A stretch of 32,000 nucleotides of DNA from Candidatus Kuenenia stuttgartensis (GTDB taxonomy: Bacteria; Planctomycetota; Brocadiia; Brocadiales; Brocadiaceae), in the NCBI RefSeq assembly GCF_900232105.1, contig NZ_LT934425.1, positions 1,260,001 to 1,292,000 on the forward strand. The letters are read 5' to 3'. Of this stretch, positions 7,282 through 16,477 are shown one piece after another. Each line of letters begins with the position of its first letter. Positions within the stretch are counted from its first letter, which is position 1. The position numbers and the translations under genes are program-made. The notes under the pieces were generated by a model. That model saw only the letters and a list, made by a program, of their open reading frames with translations. It was not told where the DNA came from and ran no database searches.

Positions 7282-9939
7282 ATGAATACAGGTGAAATTC
7301 GCAATAAATTTTTAACATTCTTCGAAAAGAAATCCCATGTAATCTGGCCGGGAGATTCGCTTGTCCCGCAGGGAGACGCTACGCTTCTTTTTACGGGTGC
7401 AGGGATGAATCAGTTCAAAGATATGTTCCTTGGTAAGGGAAGATTAAATATAAAAAGGGCGACAACATGCCAAAAATGCCTTCGAACGGGGGATTTGGAA
7501 AATGTCGGCAGAACGGCTTCGCACCACACTTTTTTTGAAATGCTGGGCAATTTTTCCTTTGGCGATTATTTTAAAAGAGAAACCATTGCATGGGCGTGGG
7601 AGTTCCTGGTGCAGGAATTAAGGTTACCGGAAGAAAAACTTTTTGTCAGTGTGTATAAAGATGACCCCGAATCATACGAAATATGGGAAAAACATATCCG
7701 CATTCTCAAATCAAAAATCTATTCCTACGGCGAAAATGACAATTTTTGGCCTGCAAATGCCCCTGCGCAAGGCCCTAACGGACCTTGCGGCCCCTGCTCT
7801 GAAATATTTTACGACCAGGGAGCAGGCGTTGGTTGTGGTCGGGAAGAATGTGAACCTGCCTGCGATTGCGACCGCTTTGTCGAAATCTGGAATCTGGTAT
7901 TTACGCAATTTGACCGAAAAGAAGATGGCAGGCTGGAACCATTGCCCAATAAAAATGTAGATACAGGCATGGGACTGGAGAGAATGGCACGTGTCATGCA
8001 GGGAGTGCCGACAAACTTCGATATAGATATTTTTGCCCCTGTAATTAAATCGATAGAAGATATTACACACCTGCGGTATCATGATAAAAAAGAAAACGCC
8101 GTATGTATGCGCCGGATAGCCGACCATGTAAAGGCCTCTATTTTTTGCATTGCCGATGGCGTTTTGCCAGGGAATGAAGGGCGGGGATATGTGGAAAGGC
8201 GTTTACTGAGGAGGGCTATACGTGATGGCGCACAACTTGGCTTAAAAGAATGTTTTTTATACAAGCTCGTGCCAATTATCAGCGATCTGATGCAGGATTA
8301 TTATCCGGATATTAAACAACGCAGGGAGAATATCGCAAGGATCATAAAAAGCGAAGAAGAAAAATTCCTCGAAACTCTGGAACTGGGAACGGTACGGTTA
8401 AAAGAGTTAATGGATACAATGCAAAAGAATAAAATAAAGGAGCTTCCCGGAAAAGAGGCTTTTAAATTATATGATACATATGGCTTCCCTTTGGACATGA
8501 CCGAATTAATTCTCAAGGAACACGGTTTTTCCATGGATAGCGCCGGTGTTGAAGTGGAATTGAAACGCCAGCGGATGCAGGCAAGGTCGTCATCCTCTAT
8601 GACCGGCCAGGTATTTGACGCCGGTTTTTTGGGCAAGATTAAAGAGATATCAAAAGGCACAACATTCTTAGGGTACGAAAAGGATTCATGCAGGGCGAGG
8701 ATCATTGCTATTGTTCAGGGCGACTACCTTATCGAAAAGGCTGAAGCCGGAAGCGAGGTATCGATAGTTTTGGATCAGACGCCCTTTTATGGTGAGTCCG
8801 GCGGACAAATTGGAGACACGGGAATCCTTGAATCGGAGGGGAGTCATATTTGTATAACGGATACAAAAAAGAACGATTCCTTTATCATTCATATCGGAAA
8901 GATAACAAAAGGCATAGTGAGGACAGGCGATATGATTGATGCGCGAATAGATACGCACAGGAGGGGTTTAATAAAAAGAAATCATACGGCGACGCACGTG
9001 CTTCATTGGGTATTGCGGAATGTCATTGGCAGACATGCGGAACAGGCGGGTTCAATGGTGTCCCCGGACCGTCTACGCTTTGACTTTCATCACTTTTCCT
9101 CTTTGACGAAGGAGGAAATTAACCGTATCGAGGATCTGGTAAACGAAAAAATAATGGAAAATGCGCTCGTGTCGGTGAAAGAACAAACGCTTCAGGAAGC
9201 AAGAAATGCCGGCGCCGTAGCCCTTTTTGGAGAAAAATACGAGGAACGGGTCAGAATGGTTTCCATCGGAGATTTTAGCAAGGAACTTTGCGGCGGTACG
9301 CACATAAACAATACCGGAGAAATAGGACCCTTCAGAATCGTCGGGGAATCCTCTGTCGCTGCGGGAATACGTCGTATAGAGGCGATCACAGGCATTTCGG
9401 CATTAACCAGGGACCGGGAGAAGGAGGAGATTGTTCAGGAATTGTGCGGCATATTGAATGCGTGTGAGGAAGATCTTTCTTCAAAAACACAGGAACTCCT
9501 GAATGAAGTAAAAAAACTCCACAAAGAACTTCACAAACAAAAGCAAAAAGAATTATTGGAGAAAATTGATTCGCTTTCCGTGACTGCAAAAGAAGTTTCA
9601 GGCGTTAACATTATAACAAAGAGAATAGATAATGCATCGGCGGATGATATGAGAAGAACGGCGGACATGCTGATGAAATCAGAAAAGGAAACCGCGGTAG
9701 CATTAGGAAGTGTTCTGAATGGGCGTGTAATAGTAATTATTTCTTTAAGCACAGGCCTGGCTTCTCGTGGTTTGCATGCGGGGAGTATCTCAAAAGAGGT
9801 CGCAAAAATAGTCGGCGGCGGTGGCGGTGGAAGACCGGAGATGGCGCAAGCGGGCGGACAGGTGGTTGGTAAATTAGACGAAGCGCTTGATTTTGCCGAA
9901 ATGTTGTTCAGCAAAGAAATCCTGCAGAAGGTTTCTTAA
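7282..9939 (+). CDS. alaS: Alanyl-tRNA synthetase
   Basis: 885 aa. N-terminal EIRNKFLTFFEKKSHVIWPGDSLVPQGDATLLFTGAGMNQFK, editing-domain HTATHVLHWVLR and CGGTHINNTGEIG, C-terminal GGGGGGRPEMAQAGG. Confidence 0.99.
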   Translation: MNTGEIRNKFLTFFEKKSHVIWPGDSLVPQGDATLLFTGAGMNQFKDMFLGKGRLNIKRATTCQKCLRTGDLENVGRTASHHTFFEMLGNFSFGDYFKRETIAWAWEFLVQELRLPEEKLFVSVYKDDPESYEIWEKHIRILKSKIYSYGENDNFWPANAPAQGPNGPCGPCSEIFYDQGAGVGCGREECEPACDCDRFVEIWNLVFTQFDRKEDGRLEPLPNKNVDTGMGLERMARVMQGVPTNFDIDIFAPVIKSIEDITHLRYHDKKENAVCMRRIADHVKASIFCIADGVLPGNEGRGYVERRLLRRAIRDGAQLGLKECFLYKLVPIISDLMQDYYPDIKQRRENIARIIKSEEEKFLETLELGTVRLKELMDTMQKNKIKELPGKEAFKLYDTYGFPLDMTELILKEHGFSMDSAGVEVELKRQRMQARSSSSMTGQVFDAGFLGKIKEISKGTTFLGYEKDSCRARIIAIVQGDYLIEKAEAGSEVSIVLDQTPFYGESGGQIGDTGILESEGSHICITDTKKNDSFIIHIGKITKGIVRTGDMIDARIDTHRRGLIKRNHTATHVLHWVLRNVIGRHAEQAGSMVSPDRLRFDFHHFSSLTKEEINRIEDLVNEKIMENALVSVKEQTLQEARNAGAVALFGEKYEERVRMVSIGDFSKELCGGTHINNTGEIGPFRIVGESSVAAGIRRIEAITGISALTRDREKEEIVQELCGILNACEEDLSSKTQELLNEVKKLHKELHKQKQKELLEKIDSLSVTAKEVSGVNIITKRIDNASADDMRRTADMLMKSEKETAVALGSVLNGRVIVIISLSTGLASRGLHAGSISKEVAKIVGGGGGGRPEMAQAGGQVVGKLDEALDFAEMLFSKEILQKVS

Positions 9940-10360
9940 GTCAAAAGATAGCGACCTTTAATTTTATTGAGATTTTTAAAAAAACCATATTGTTGCCTTA
10001 ATTTTTTTGCAATTTGTCCTTTTTGCACATATAATTTTGTACCTCAGAGACTTGCGTTTAATATAAGGTAACATTTTGGTTTTCTGAAAAAATAGGGGCG
10101 AAGTATTTGCTATAGCTGGCATAAATACGTTCTTACCCAAACGGTAAAATTTTGCCGGTGTTGAGTCTGGATGCCTATAAATAGTATTGTTAATTTAAAA
10201 AATAATGTGTATAATCCTGCTTCTATAAAATGAACGCATCAGGGAGAAAATATTTCCGGTATTATTGACAAAACCCGGTGAGATAACCATATGTATACTC
10301 CAGCATTGCTGATCAGTTTTGTGTAAACTATTAAATAAATTTTTAACAATGAGGTTTTAA

Positions 10361-10588
10361 ATGGCCAATCCAAAGAGGAGACATTCTAACTCAAGAACAC
10401 GTAAAAGACGTACGCACGATAAACTTACGGTTCCCGTTTTTCCATTAGATAAAAATTTAGAAAAGGGGGGGCGTATCCGCTCCAAACGTTATGTTTGTTC
10501 GCACTGTAAACAAATAAATCAACCGCATACCGTATGCCATAACTGCGGATATTACCGGGGCAGGCAGGTAATTTCTGTTGAAAGGTAA
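10361..10588 (+). CDS. rpmF: 50S ribosomal protein L32
   Basis: MANPKRRHSNSRTRKRRTHDKL, zinc-ribbon C..C...C..C (CSHCKQINQPHTVCHNCGYYRGRQV). Followed directly by plsX. Confidence 0.97.
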   Translation: MANPKRRHSNSRTRKRRTHDKLTVPVFPLDKNLEKGGRIRSKRYVCSHCKQINQPHTVCHNCGYYRGRQVISVER

Positions 10589-10592
10589 ATTT

Positions 10593-11609
10593 ATGAGGAT
10601 TGCGGTAGACGCCATGGGCGGGGATAAGGCGCCGCAAGAAATTGTCAAAGGCTCTGTCCTGGCTGCGCAACAGGTGCCTGATGCTGAGATTATATTGGTT
10701 GGTGACGAAAACAGAATTAAACACGAATTATGTCTTGGCGGAACCATTCCCAAAAATATAACCATTCACCATGCGGCTCAGATAGTCGGCATGGAGGATC
10801 CTGCAACACATTCCATACGGCAAAAAATAAACTCTTCCATTACGCAAAGTGTTGAGTTGGTCGCTAAGAGGAAAGCGGATGCAATCGTCAGTGCGGGGCA
10901 TACGGGGGCAACGGTAGCGGCGGCAATGCTACACATGAAAACATTGAAAGGCATTCGTCGTCCAGGCATTGCGATATCCCTTCCCACCCTCCATGGATCA
11001 TGTCTTATTATCGATGCAGGCGCCAATATCAGTTGCAAGCCATTACACTTGTATCAGTATGGAATTATGGCGTCAACTGTCTGCAAGCACCTAATGAATA
11101 TAGAAAATCCCAAGGTTGGACTTCTCAATATAGGAGAAGAGGACGCAAAGGGAAACGATCTGGTTCGGGAAACCTTTTCGCTTCTTTCCAACGCACATTT
11201 AAATTTTATCGGAAATATTGAAAGCCGTGAGATATTTGATGGCAAGGCAGATGTCGTCGTTTGTGAAGGGTTTGTGGGAAATGTAATATTGAAATTTGCA
11301 GAGGGGATGGCAAAGAACCTTCTTACCACGATAAAAGCAGAATCAATGAATAGGTTTTGGGCAAAACTTGGACTGCTTTTGTGCAAACCGGTTTTCCAAT
11401 CGATAAAAACAAAGATGGATTTTGCCGAATACGGAGGTGTTCCTTTGCTGGGGATAAATGGCATTTGTATTATTTGCCATGGGAGATCTGACGCACGGAC
11501 TATACAAAATGCCATAAAAGCGGCATTAAAATTAACTAAAACGGAAATTAATGAGTATATTATTTCAGAACTGGAGAAATCCAATACACTTACGGCAGAA
11601 GTTGCTTAA
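10593..11609 (+). CDS. plsX: Phosphate acyltransferase PlsX
   Basis: MRIAVDAMGGDKAPQEIVKG, HAAQIVGMEDPA, DAIVSAGHTGA. ATG at 10593. The ORF track uses an upstream TTG at 10578. Confidence 0.97.
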   Translation: MRIAVDAMGGDKAPQEIVKGSVLAAQQVPDAEIILVGDENRIKHELCLGGTIPKNITIHHAAQIVGMEDPATHSIRQKINSSITQSVELVAKRKADAIVSAGHTGATVAAAMLHMKTLKGIRRPGIAISLPTLHGSCLIIDAGANISCKPLHLYQYGIMASTVCKHLMNIENPKVGLLNIGEEDAKGNDLVRETFSLLSNAHLNFIGNIESREIFDGKADVVVCEGFVGNVILKFAEGMAKNLLTTIKAESMNRFWAKLGLLLCKPVFQSIKTKMDFAEYGGVPLLGINGICIICHGRSDARTIQNAIKAALKLTKTEINEYIISELEKSNTLTAEVA

Positions 11610-11648
11610 GTTTTTAAAGGCTTTACACCTTCTCTGGGCAATGAGAAA

Positions 11649-12644
11649 TTGAACGTACGCCAAAATCAAATAACATCGATAACAGGGATAGGGTCATACC
11701 TCCCTGAAAAGATATTAACCAATCATGCTCTGGAAAAATTGGTAGACACTACGGACGATTGGATTCTGCAAAGGACAGGAATAAGAGAGCGTCGTATTGT
11801 TGAAAATGGAGTGACAACATCAGATCTTGGCGCCATCGCCTCGTTAAAAGCAATAGAAAATGCCGGGATATCCGCGGAAGAGATCGATATGATTATTACT
11901 TCCACCATTACCCCCGACTACCTTTTTCCTTCTACTTCCTGTTGTTTACAAAAGCAAATTGGTGCTGTCCATGCAAGCGCATTTGATATTTCAGCGGCTT
12001 GTGCCGGATTTGTGTATGCGCTTTCCATCGGGCAAAGTGTTATAAATTCGGGTGCCGCAAAAACTGTTTTGGTGGTGGGCGCAGAATGTTTGTCAAAGAT
12101 TACCGACTATACAGACCGGGCAACCTGTATTTTGTTTGGAGACGGTGCCGGTGCCGTCATACTTCAAAACAATAAGGAAAAACATCAGATATTAGACACA
12201 CGATTGGTCTCTGATGGAACGTATACGGACGTACTTATAATACCCGGCGGCGGCTCAAAACATCCTGCCACCATAGAATCGGTGCAGGAAAGGTTGCATT
12301 ACATTCGGTTTAAAGGAAGGGAGGTATTTAAACTCGCAATTAATACCATTACCAACCTGGTGATAGAAACCGCACAAAGAAATGGTTTTGCCGTTCAGGA
12401 TATCGATTTAATTATCCCTCACCAAAGCAACCTGAGAATTATTGAAGCGACCATGGAAAGACTTAAACTGCCCATGGAAAAGGCATTTGTAAATATTGAT
12501 AAATATGGGAATACATCTTCTGCTTCAGTTCCAATAGCAATTGATGAGGCGCAACAGGAAGGAAGACTCAAGAAAGGCGATTTAGTGATGTTGGTAGCCT
12601 TCGGGGGCGGATTGACCTGGGGATCATGTGTTGTTAGGTGGTAG
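11649..12644 (+). CDS. fabH: 3-oxoacyl-ACP synthase III
   Basis: SITGIGSYLPEKILTN, TDDWILQRTGIRERRI, FDISAACAGFVYAL (catalytic Cys), IIPHQSNLRIIE, NKYGNTSSAS. The start is TTG at 11649 with no clear RBS, so the N-terminus is uncertain. Confidence 0.96.
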   Translation: MNVRQNQITSITGIGSYLPEKILTNHALEKLVDTTDDWILQRTGIRERRIVENGVTTSDLGAIASLKAIENAGISAEEIDMIITSTITPDYLFPSTSCCLQKQIGAVHASAFDISAACAGFVYALSIGQSVINSGAAKTVLVVGAECLSKITDYTDRATCILFGDGAGAVILQNNKEKHQILDTRLVSDGTYTDVLIIPGGGSKHPATIESVQERLHYIRFKGREVFKLAINTITNLVIETAQRNGFAVQDIDLIIPHQSNLRIIEATMERLKLPMEKAFVNIDKYGNTSSASVPIAIDEAQQEGRLKKGDLVMLVAFGGGLTWGSCVVRW

Positions 12645-12650
12645 AATATT

Positions 12651-13571
12651 ATGCGGAAAACAGCCTTTCTTTTTCCAGGTCAGGGTACCCAATTGGTGGG
12701 CATGGGGAAAGATTTTTACAAAGAATACAAAGAAGCTCGCGAAATTTTCAACCAGGCAAATGATGCGTTAGGGTTTGACCTTGCATCTTTATGTTTTGAG
12801 GGAAATCAGGAGGAATTAAACAAGACGTCTCTTAGCCAGCCGGCTATATTGGTGACTTCCATTGCAATACTTGAAGTGTTGAAGGAAATTTCTTTTTTTA
12901 AGAAAACCACCTGTGATGCGGTTGCCGGGCTGAGCCTGGGAGAATACACTGCACATGTATCGGCTGGTTCTGTTGCTTTTGCAGATGCGGTAAAACTGGT
13001 GTATAAGCGTGGCATATATATGCAGGAGGCCTGTGAGAAAAGTTCCGGAGGAATGGCTTCTGTCATTGGACTGGAAGATGAGAAAATAGAACATATTTGC
13101 AGGGAATTGAAACCGTTTGGTGTTATCTGCGCCGCAAATTATAATAGCCCAGGACAGGTAGTAATATCAGGAGAATCAAATGTACTGGAACGGGCGGTTC
13201 TATTGGCAAAAGAAAGAGGCGCCAGGATGGTAATCCCGTTAAAAGTGCAGGGTGCATTTCATTCCGGTCTAATGACTCCTGCCAGTGACAAGCTTTATTC
13301 CGAACTGGAATCAACGGTTATCTCAAAACCCGGAGTTCCCGTAGTTGCAAACATTAACGCAGAGTATGTTTCCAATCCGGAGGAAATAAGAACAGCTCTG
13401 ATAAAACAGCTAAACAGTCCTGTCAAATGGTATCAATCTATGCAGAAACTGATACAGGATGGATTTTCTCAATTTTATGAAATAGGGCCTGGAAAAACCT
13501 TGTCGGGACTTATGAAAAAAATTGATCCTGCTCAGCAAGTCAAAAGTTTTAGCACAATAGCAGATCTTTAA
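12651..13571 (+). CDS. fabD: Malonyl-CoA:ACP transacylase
   Basis: AFLFPGQGTQLVGMGKDFY, AGLSLGEYTAHV (catalytic Ser), GAFHSGLMTPA. Confidence 0.97.
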   Translation: MRKTAFLFPGQGTQLVGMGKDFYKEYKEAREIFNQANDALGFDLASLCFEGNQEELNKTSLSQPAILVTSIAILEVLKEISFFKKTTCDAVAGLSLGEYTAHVSAGSVAFADAVKLVYKRGIYMQEACEKSSGGMASVIGLEDEKIEHICRELKPFGVICAANYNSPGQVVISGESNVLERAVLLAKERGARMVIPLKVQGAFHSGLMTPASDKLYSELESTVISKPGVPVVANINAEYVSNPEEIRTALIKQLNSPVKWYQSMQKLIQDGFSQFYEIGPGKTLSGLMKKIDPAQQVKSFSTIADL

Positions 13572-13615
13572 TTGCGCAGTAAATTTGAATTGTTTTTAAC
13601 AAGGAGGTAAAAATC

Positions 13616-13849
13616 GTGACGTCCGTCGGAGAAAAAGTAAGAGAAATTATCACAAAACAAATGGGGGTAAAAGCGGAACAGATAACACATGAAACATCCT
13701 TTGTCAATGATTTAGGCGCAGATTCGCTCGATACAGTGGAACTAATTATGGAATTTGAAGATGCATTTGATATGAATATTCCTGATGAAGATGCTGAAAA
13801 AATACGTACGGTGGGAGATGCAGTTAAATATATAGAGGAACACAAATAA
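13616..13849 (+). CDS. acpP: Acyl carrier protein
   Basis: GTG start after [53 protein letters not shown] with the phosphopantetheine-site DSL. Confidence 0.98.
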   Translation: MTSVGEKVREIITKQMGVKAEQITHETSFVNDLGADSLDTVELIMEFEDAFDMNIPDEDAEKIRTVGDAVKYIEEHK

Positions 13850-15094
13850 ATGCACGGAAGAAAAAGAGTCGTCATTACGGGTACCGGAGCAATAACTTCT
13901 CTGGGGAGGGAAAAAAAGGAACTCTGGTCTGCATTGTGCAACGGTGAAAGCGGCATTAAACCCATTACTTCTTTTGATACTACCGCATTTGAGGTGAAAT
14001 TTGGCGGCGAAGTAAGCGATTTTAACCCGGCAGAGTGGCTTGATACCAAAGAGGCCAGGAGACTTGACAGATTTTCACAATTCGCGATAGCGGCGACCGA
14101 TATTGCAGTAACAGATGCGGGTTTAAACTTTGACGCAATCGATACCGCGCGTGTTGGTGTCTTTATAGGATCCGGTATGGGTGGCCTTTTGGAATTTGAG
14201 GCGCAACACAAAAATCTGTTAAATAAAGGGCCATCAAGGGTTTCCCCTTTTATGGTTCCTAAACTAATGGCGAACGCAGCTTCCGCACATGCAGCAATCC
14301 GGTATGGTTTAAGAGGCCCTAATTTTGCAGTAGTTGCCGCTTGTACAACAGGGGTAATCTCCATAGGGGAAGCAGTGCGGGTAATTCAGAGAGGCGACGC
14401 AGACATCATGATTACAGGAAGTTCTGAGGCAGTTATTACCCCTTTAGCCGTAGCCGGGTTTGGCGCAATGAAGGCATTGTCTACCCACAACAGTGAACCG
14501 CAGAAAGCGAGCCGTCCATTTGATAAAAACCGTGATGGCTTTGTCATCTCTGAGGGGGCGGGAATAGTCGTTATCGAAGAACTGGAGGCTGCCAAAAAAA
14601 GAGGGGCAACAATCTATGCGGAGATATTGGGATATGGCATGACTGCCGATGCATACCATATTGCCGCTCCCAATAGCAACGGCGAGGGTGCAATACGATG
14701 CATGACGCATGCTTTAAACGACGCCGGATGCGGCGTTGAAACGATAGATTACATAAACGCCCATGCGACGTCTACCCCGCTTGGAGATCAGATAGAGGTG
14801 GGGGCTATTAAGAAGGTTTTTGGCGACCATGCTTCAAAAATTCCAGTGAGTTCTACCAAATCTATGCTTGGACACCAGCTTGGAGCTTCGGGAAGCGTAG
14901 AAATTATCATTTGTGCGTTTGCACTGAATGAAGGAGTTATTCCCCCAACAATAAATTATGAAACTCCTGATCCACAGTGCTCAGGACTTGATTTTGTTCC
15001 TAACGAAGCACGCGAAAAAAAGATTCATAAGACACTTTCTAATTCATTTGGATTTGGTGGACATAATGCAACCATCATCCTTGGCAAAGTATAA
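13850..15094 (+). CDS. fabF: 3-oxoacyl-ACP synthase II
   Basis: KRVVITGTGAITSLG, VVAACTTGVISIG (active-site Cys), INAHATSTPLGD, STKSMLGHQLGASG, NSFGFGGHNAT. Confidence 0.97.
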   Translation: MHGRKRVVITGTGAITSLGREKKELWSALCNGESGIKPITSFDTTAFEVKFGGEVSDFNPAEWLDTKEARRLDRFSQFAIAATDIAVTDAGLNFDAIDTARVGVFIGSGMGGLLEFEAQHKNLLNKGPSRVSPFMVPKLMANAASAHAAIRYGLRGPNFAVVAACTTGVISIGEAVRVIQRGDADIMITGSSEAVITPLAVAGFGAMKALSTHNSEPQKASRPFDKNRDGFVISEGAGIVVIEELEAAKKRGATIYAEILGYGMTADAYHIAAPNSNGEGAIRCMTHALNDAGCGVETIDYINAHATSTPLGDQIEVGAIKKVFGDHASKIPVSSTKSMLGHQLGASGSVEIIICAFALNEGVIPPTINYETPDPQCSGLDFVPNEAREKKIHKTLSNSFGFGGHNATIILGKV

Positions 15095-15114
15095 TGCGTT
15101 AAGGGCGGGACAAT

Positions 15115-15196
15115 AGTACCTTAAAAGTTATTTCTTTGCATACTTCCATTCGTCAGTGCGTGCTTTTTGTCAAAATATTTAAGGATGAAATACGAA
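15115..15196. repeat. Dispersed intergenic repeat, copy B
   Basis: agtaccttaaaagttatttctttgcatacttccattcgtcagtgcgtgctttttgtcaaaatatttaaggatgaaatacga. Near-identical to 3781-3860 and in the same orientation. Confidence 0.9.
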
Positions 15197-15253
15197 AACA
15201 ACTTCTAATGACAAAATGATTTGCATTTTATGTCTTGTCATTAGAAGTTGTTT
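15196..15253. repeat. Perfect 19-bp inverted repeat in the fabF-lpxD intergenic region
   Basis: Left arm AAACAACTTCTAATGACAA (15196-15214), right arm TTGTCATTAGAAGTTGTTT (15235-15253), 20-nt loop. Confidence 0.85.
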
Positions 15254-15449
15254 GGGCAATTATCAATTGTCATATGAACGTATCAACACTACGCAATCAT
15301 TCTCCTGCCAATCTGGTTCTTTTTTTTGTTTACATCAATTTTCAACCGATTTTTCATCACGTCATGTGTTTTCATTGAATTAGTGAAATAATTTAATAAC
15401 GGAAGTTTTGAAATATTTTTAGAAAAATAGGCTTCTTTGGCCATACACC

Positions 15450-16457
15450 ATGAAATATACCCTACACCAAATTCAAGCAATCATAGGTGGCAAAATCCTT
15501 GGCGATGAGGAAACCGTTATCACCGGTATTGCCGGCATTGAAAATGCGGGTGAAGGGGATATTTCTTTTGTTAAAAATGATACGCTCATCCGGCAGGCTC
15601 TTTCTTCTCAGGCTTCTGCATTTATAGTACACCAGGAAATTTCTGCATTAAAAAAACCCTGTATCATACTACAAAATCCGTTTTTTGCGTTTACCCTCCT
15701 CATGGGCGATGCTGCAAAAAAAAGATTTGCCCGTCAGGCAAGCATCCATACTTCCGCAATTATCAGCAGCAGCGCTGCAATTGGCAAGGATGCCTCTATT
15801 GGCGCGTACGTTGTAATAGAAGATAACGCTGTAATTGGAAACAATGTTGTCATTTATCCCGGTACGTTCATTGGAAAGGATTGCAAAATCGGAGACAATG
15901 CCCTTATTTATGCGAATGTCACTATCAGGGAAAAATGTAGTATTGGCAGAAGGGTAATTATTCATTGTAACAGTGTTATTGGCGATGATGGTTTCGGTTA
16001 CCTCCAAATGGAAAAAAAACACATCAAGATCCCCCAAATAGGAACGGTGGAAATTGGAGATGATGTGGAAATCGGATCAATGGTAACTGTTTGCCGCGCG
16101 GCCATAGATAAAACAATCATCGGAAACGGCGTAAAAATAGACAATCATTCGCATATCGCGCATAATGTGGAAATTGGGGAGAATACAATGCTCGTAGGCT
16201 ATGCAAAAATTGCCGGCAGCGTAAAAATCGGGAAAAATGTTATGGTTGCCGGAGACGTAGACATTACTGGCCATGCAACAATCGGGGATAATTGCGTTAT
16301 AGGCGGAGGATCGAAGGTCCACAAAAACCTCAAACCAGGCGCTATTGTCTGGGGCGCTCCGGCAAAGCCGATATCTGAAGAAAAGCGAATACAGGTGTTA
16401 TTGAGAAAACTGCCCGAAATGTATCAGGCGATTAAAAAAGTAATGCATACATCATAA
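15450..16457 (+). CDS. lpxD: UDP-3-O-(3-hydroxyacyl)glucosamine N-acyltransferase (LpxD family)
   Basis: Hexapeptide-repeat (left-handed beta helix) protein with a LpxD N-terminal domain (LHQIQAIIGGKILGD, IAGIENAGEGDISFV), SVIGDDGFGY, NHSHIAHNVEIGENTMLVG. Confidence 0.92.
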   Translation: MKYTLHQIQAIIGGKILGDEETVITGIAGIENAGEGDISFVKNDTLIRQALSSQASAFIVHQEISALKKPCIILQNPFFAFTLLMGDAAKKRFARQASIHTSAIISSSAAIGKDASIGAYVVIEDNAVIGNNVVIYPGTFIGKDCKIGDNALIYANVTIREKCSIGRRVIIHCNSVIGDDGFGYLQMEKKHIKIPQIGTVEIGDDVEIGSMVTVCRAAIDKTIIGNGVKIDNHSHIAHNVEIGENTMLVGYAKIAGSVKIGKNVMVAGDVDITGHATIGDNCVIGGGSKVHKNLKPGAIVWGAPAKPISEEKRIQVLLRKLPEMYQAIKKVMHTS

Positions 16458-16477
16458 ACCGGGAGAGGAAATCGTAT

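Noticed and set aside
10265-10299. TTGACA followed by TATGTA/TATACT upstream of rpmF
   Set aside because: The spacer is 19 nt or more with a poor -10 match, so it is too weak to list as a promoter.
14386-14710. Antisense ORFs inside fabF, alaS, glmS, fabD, metG and others (for example 13549..14364, 11054..11584, 9531..9914, 25441..25623)
   Set aside because: They lie on the opposite strand of strongly supported housekeeping genes, have no recognisable domains, and are best explained as chance reading frames.
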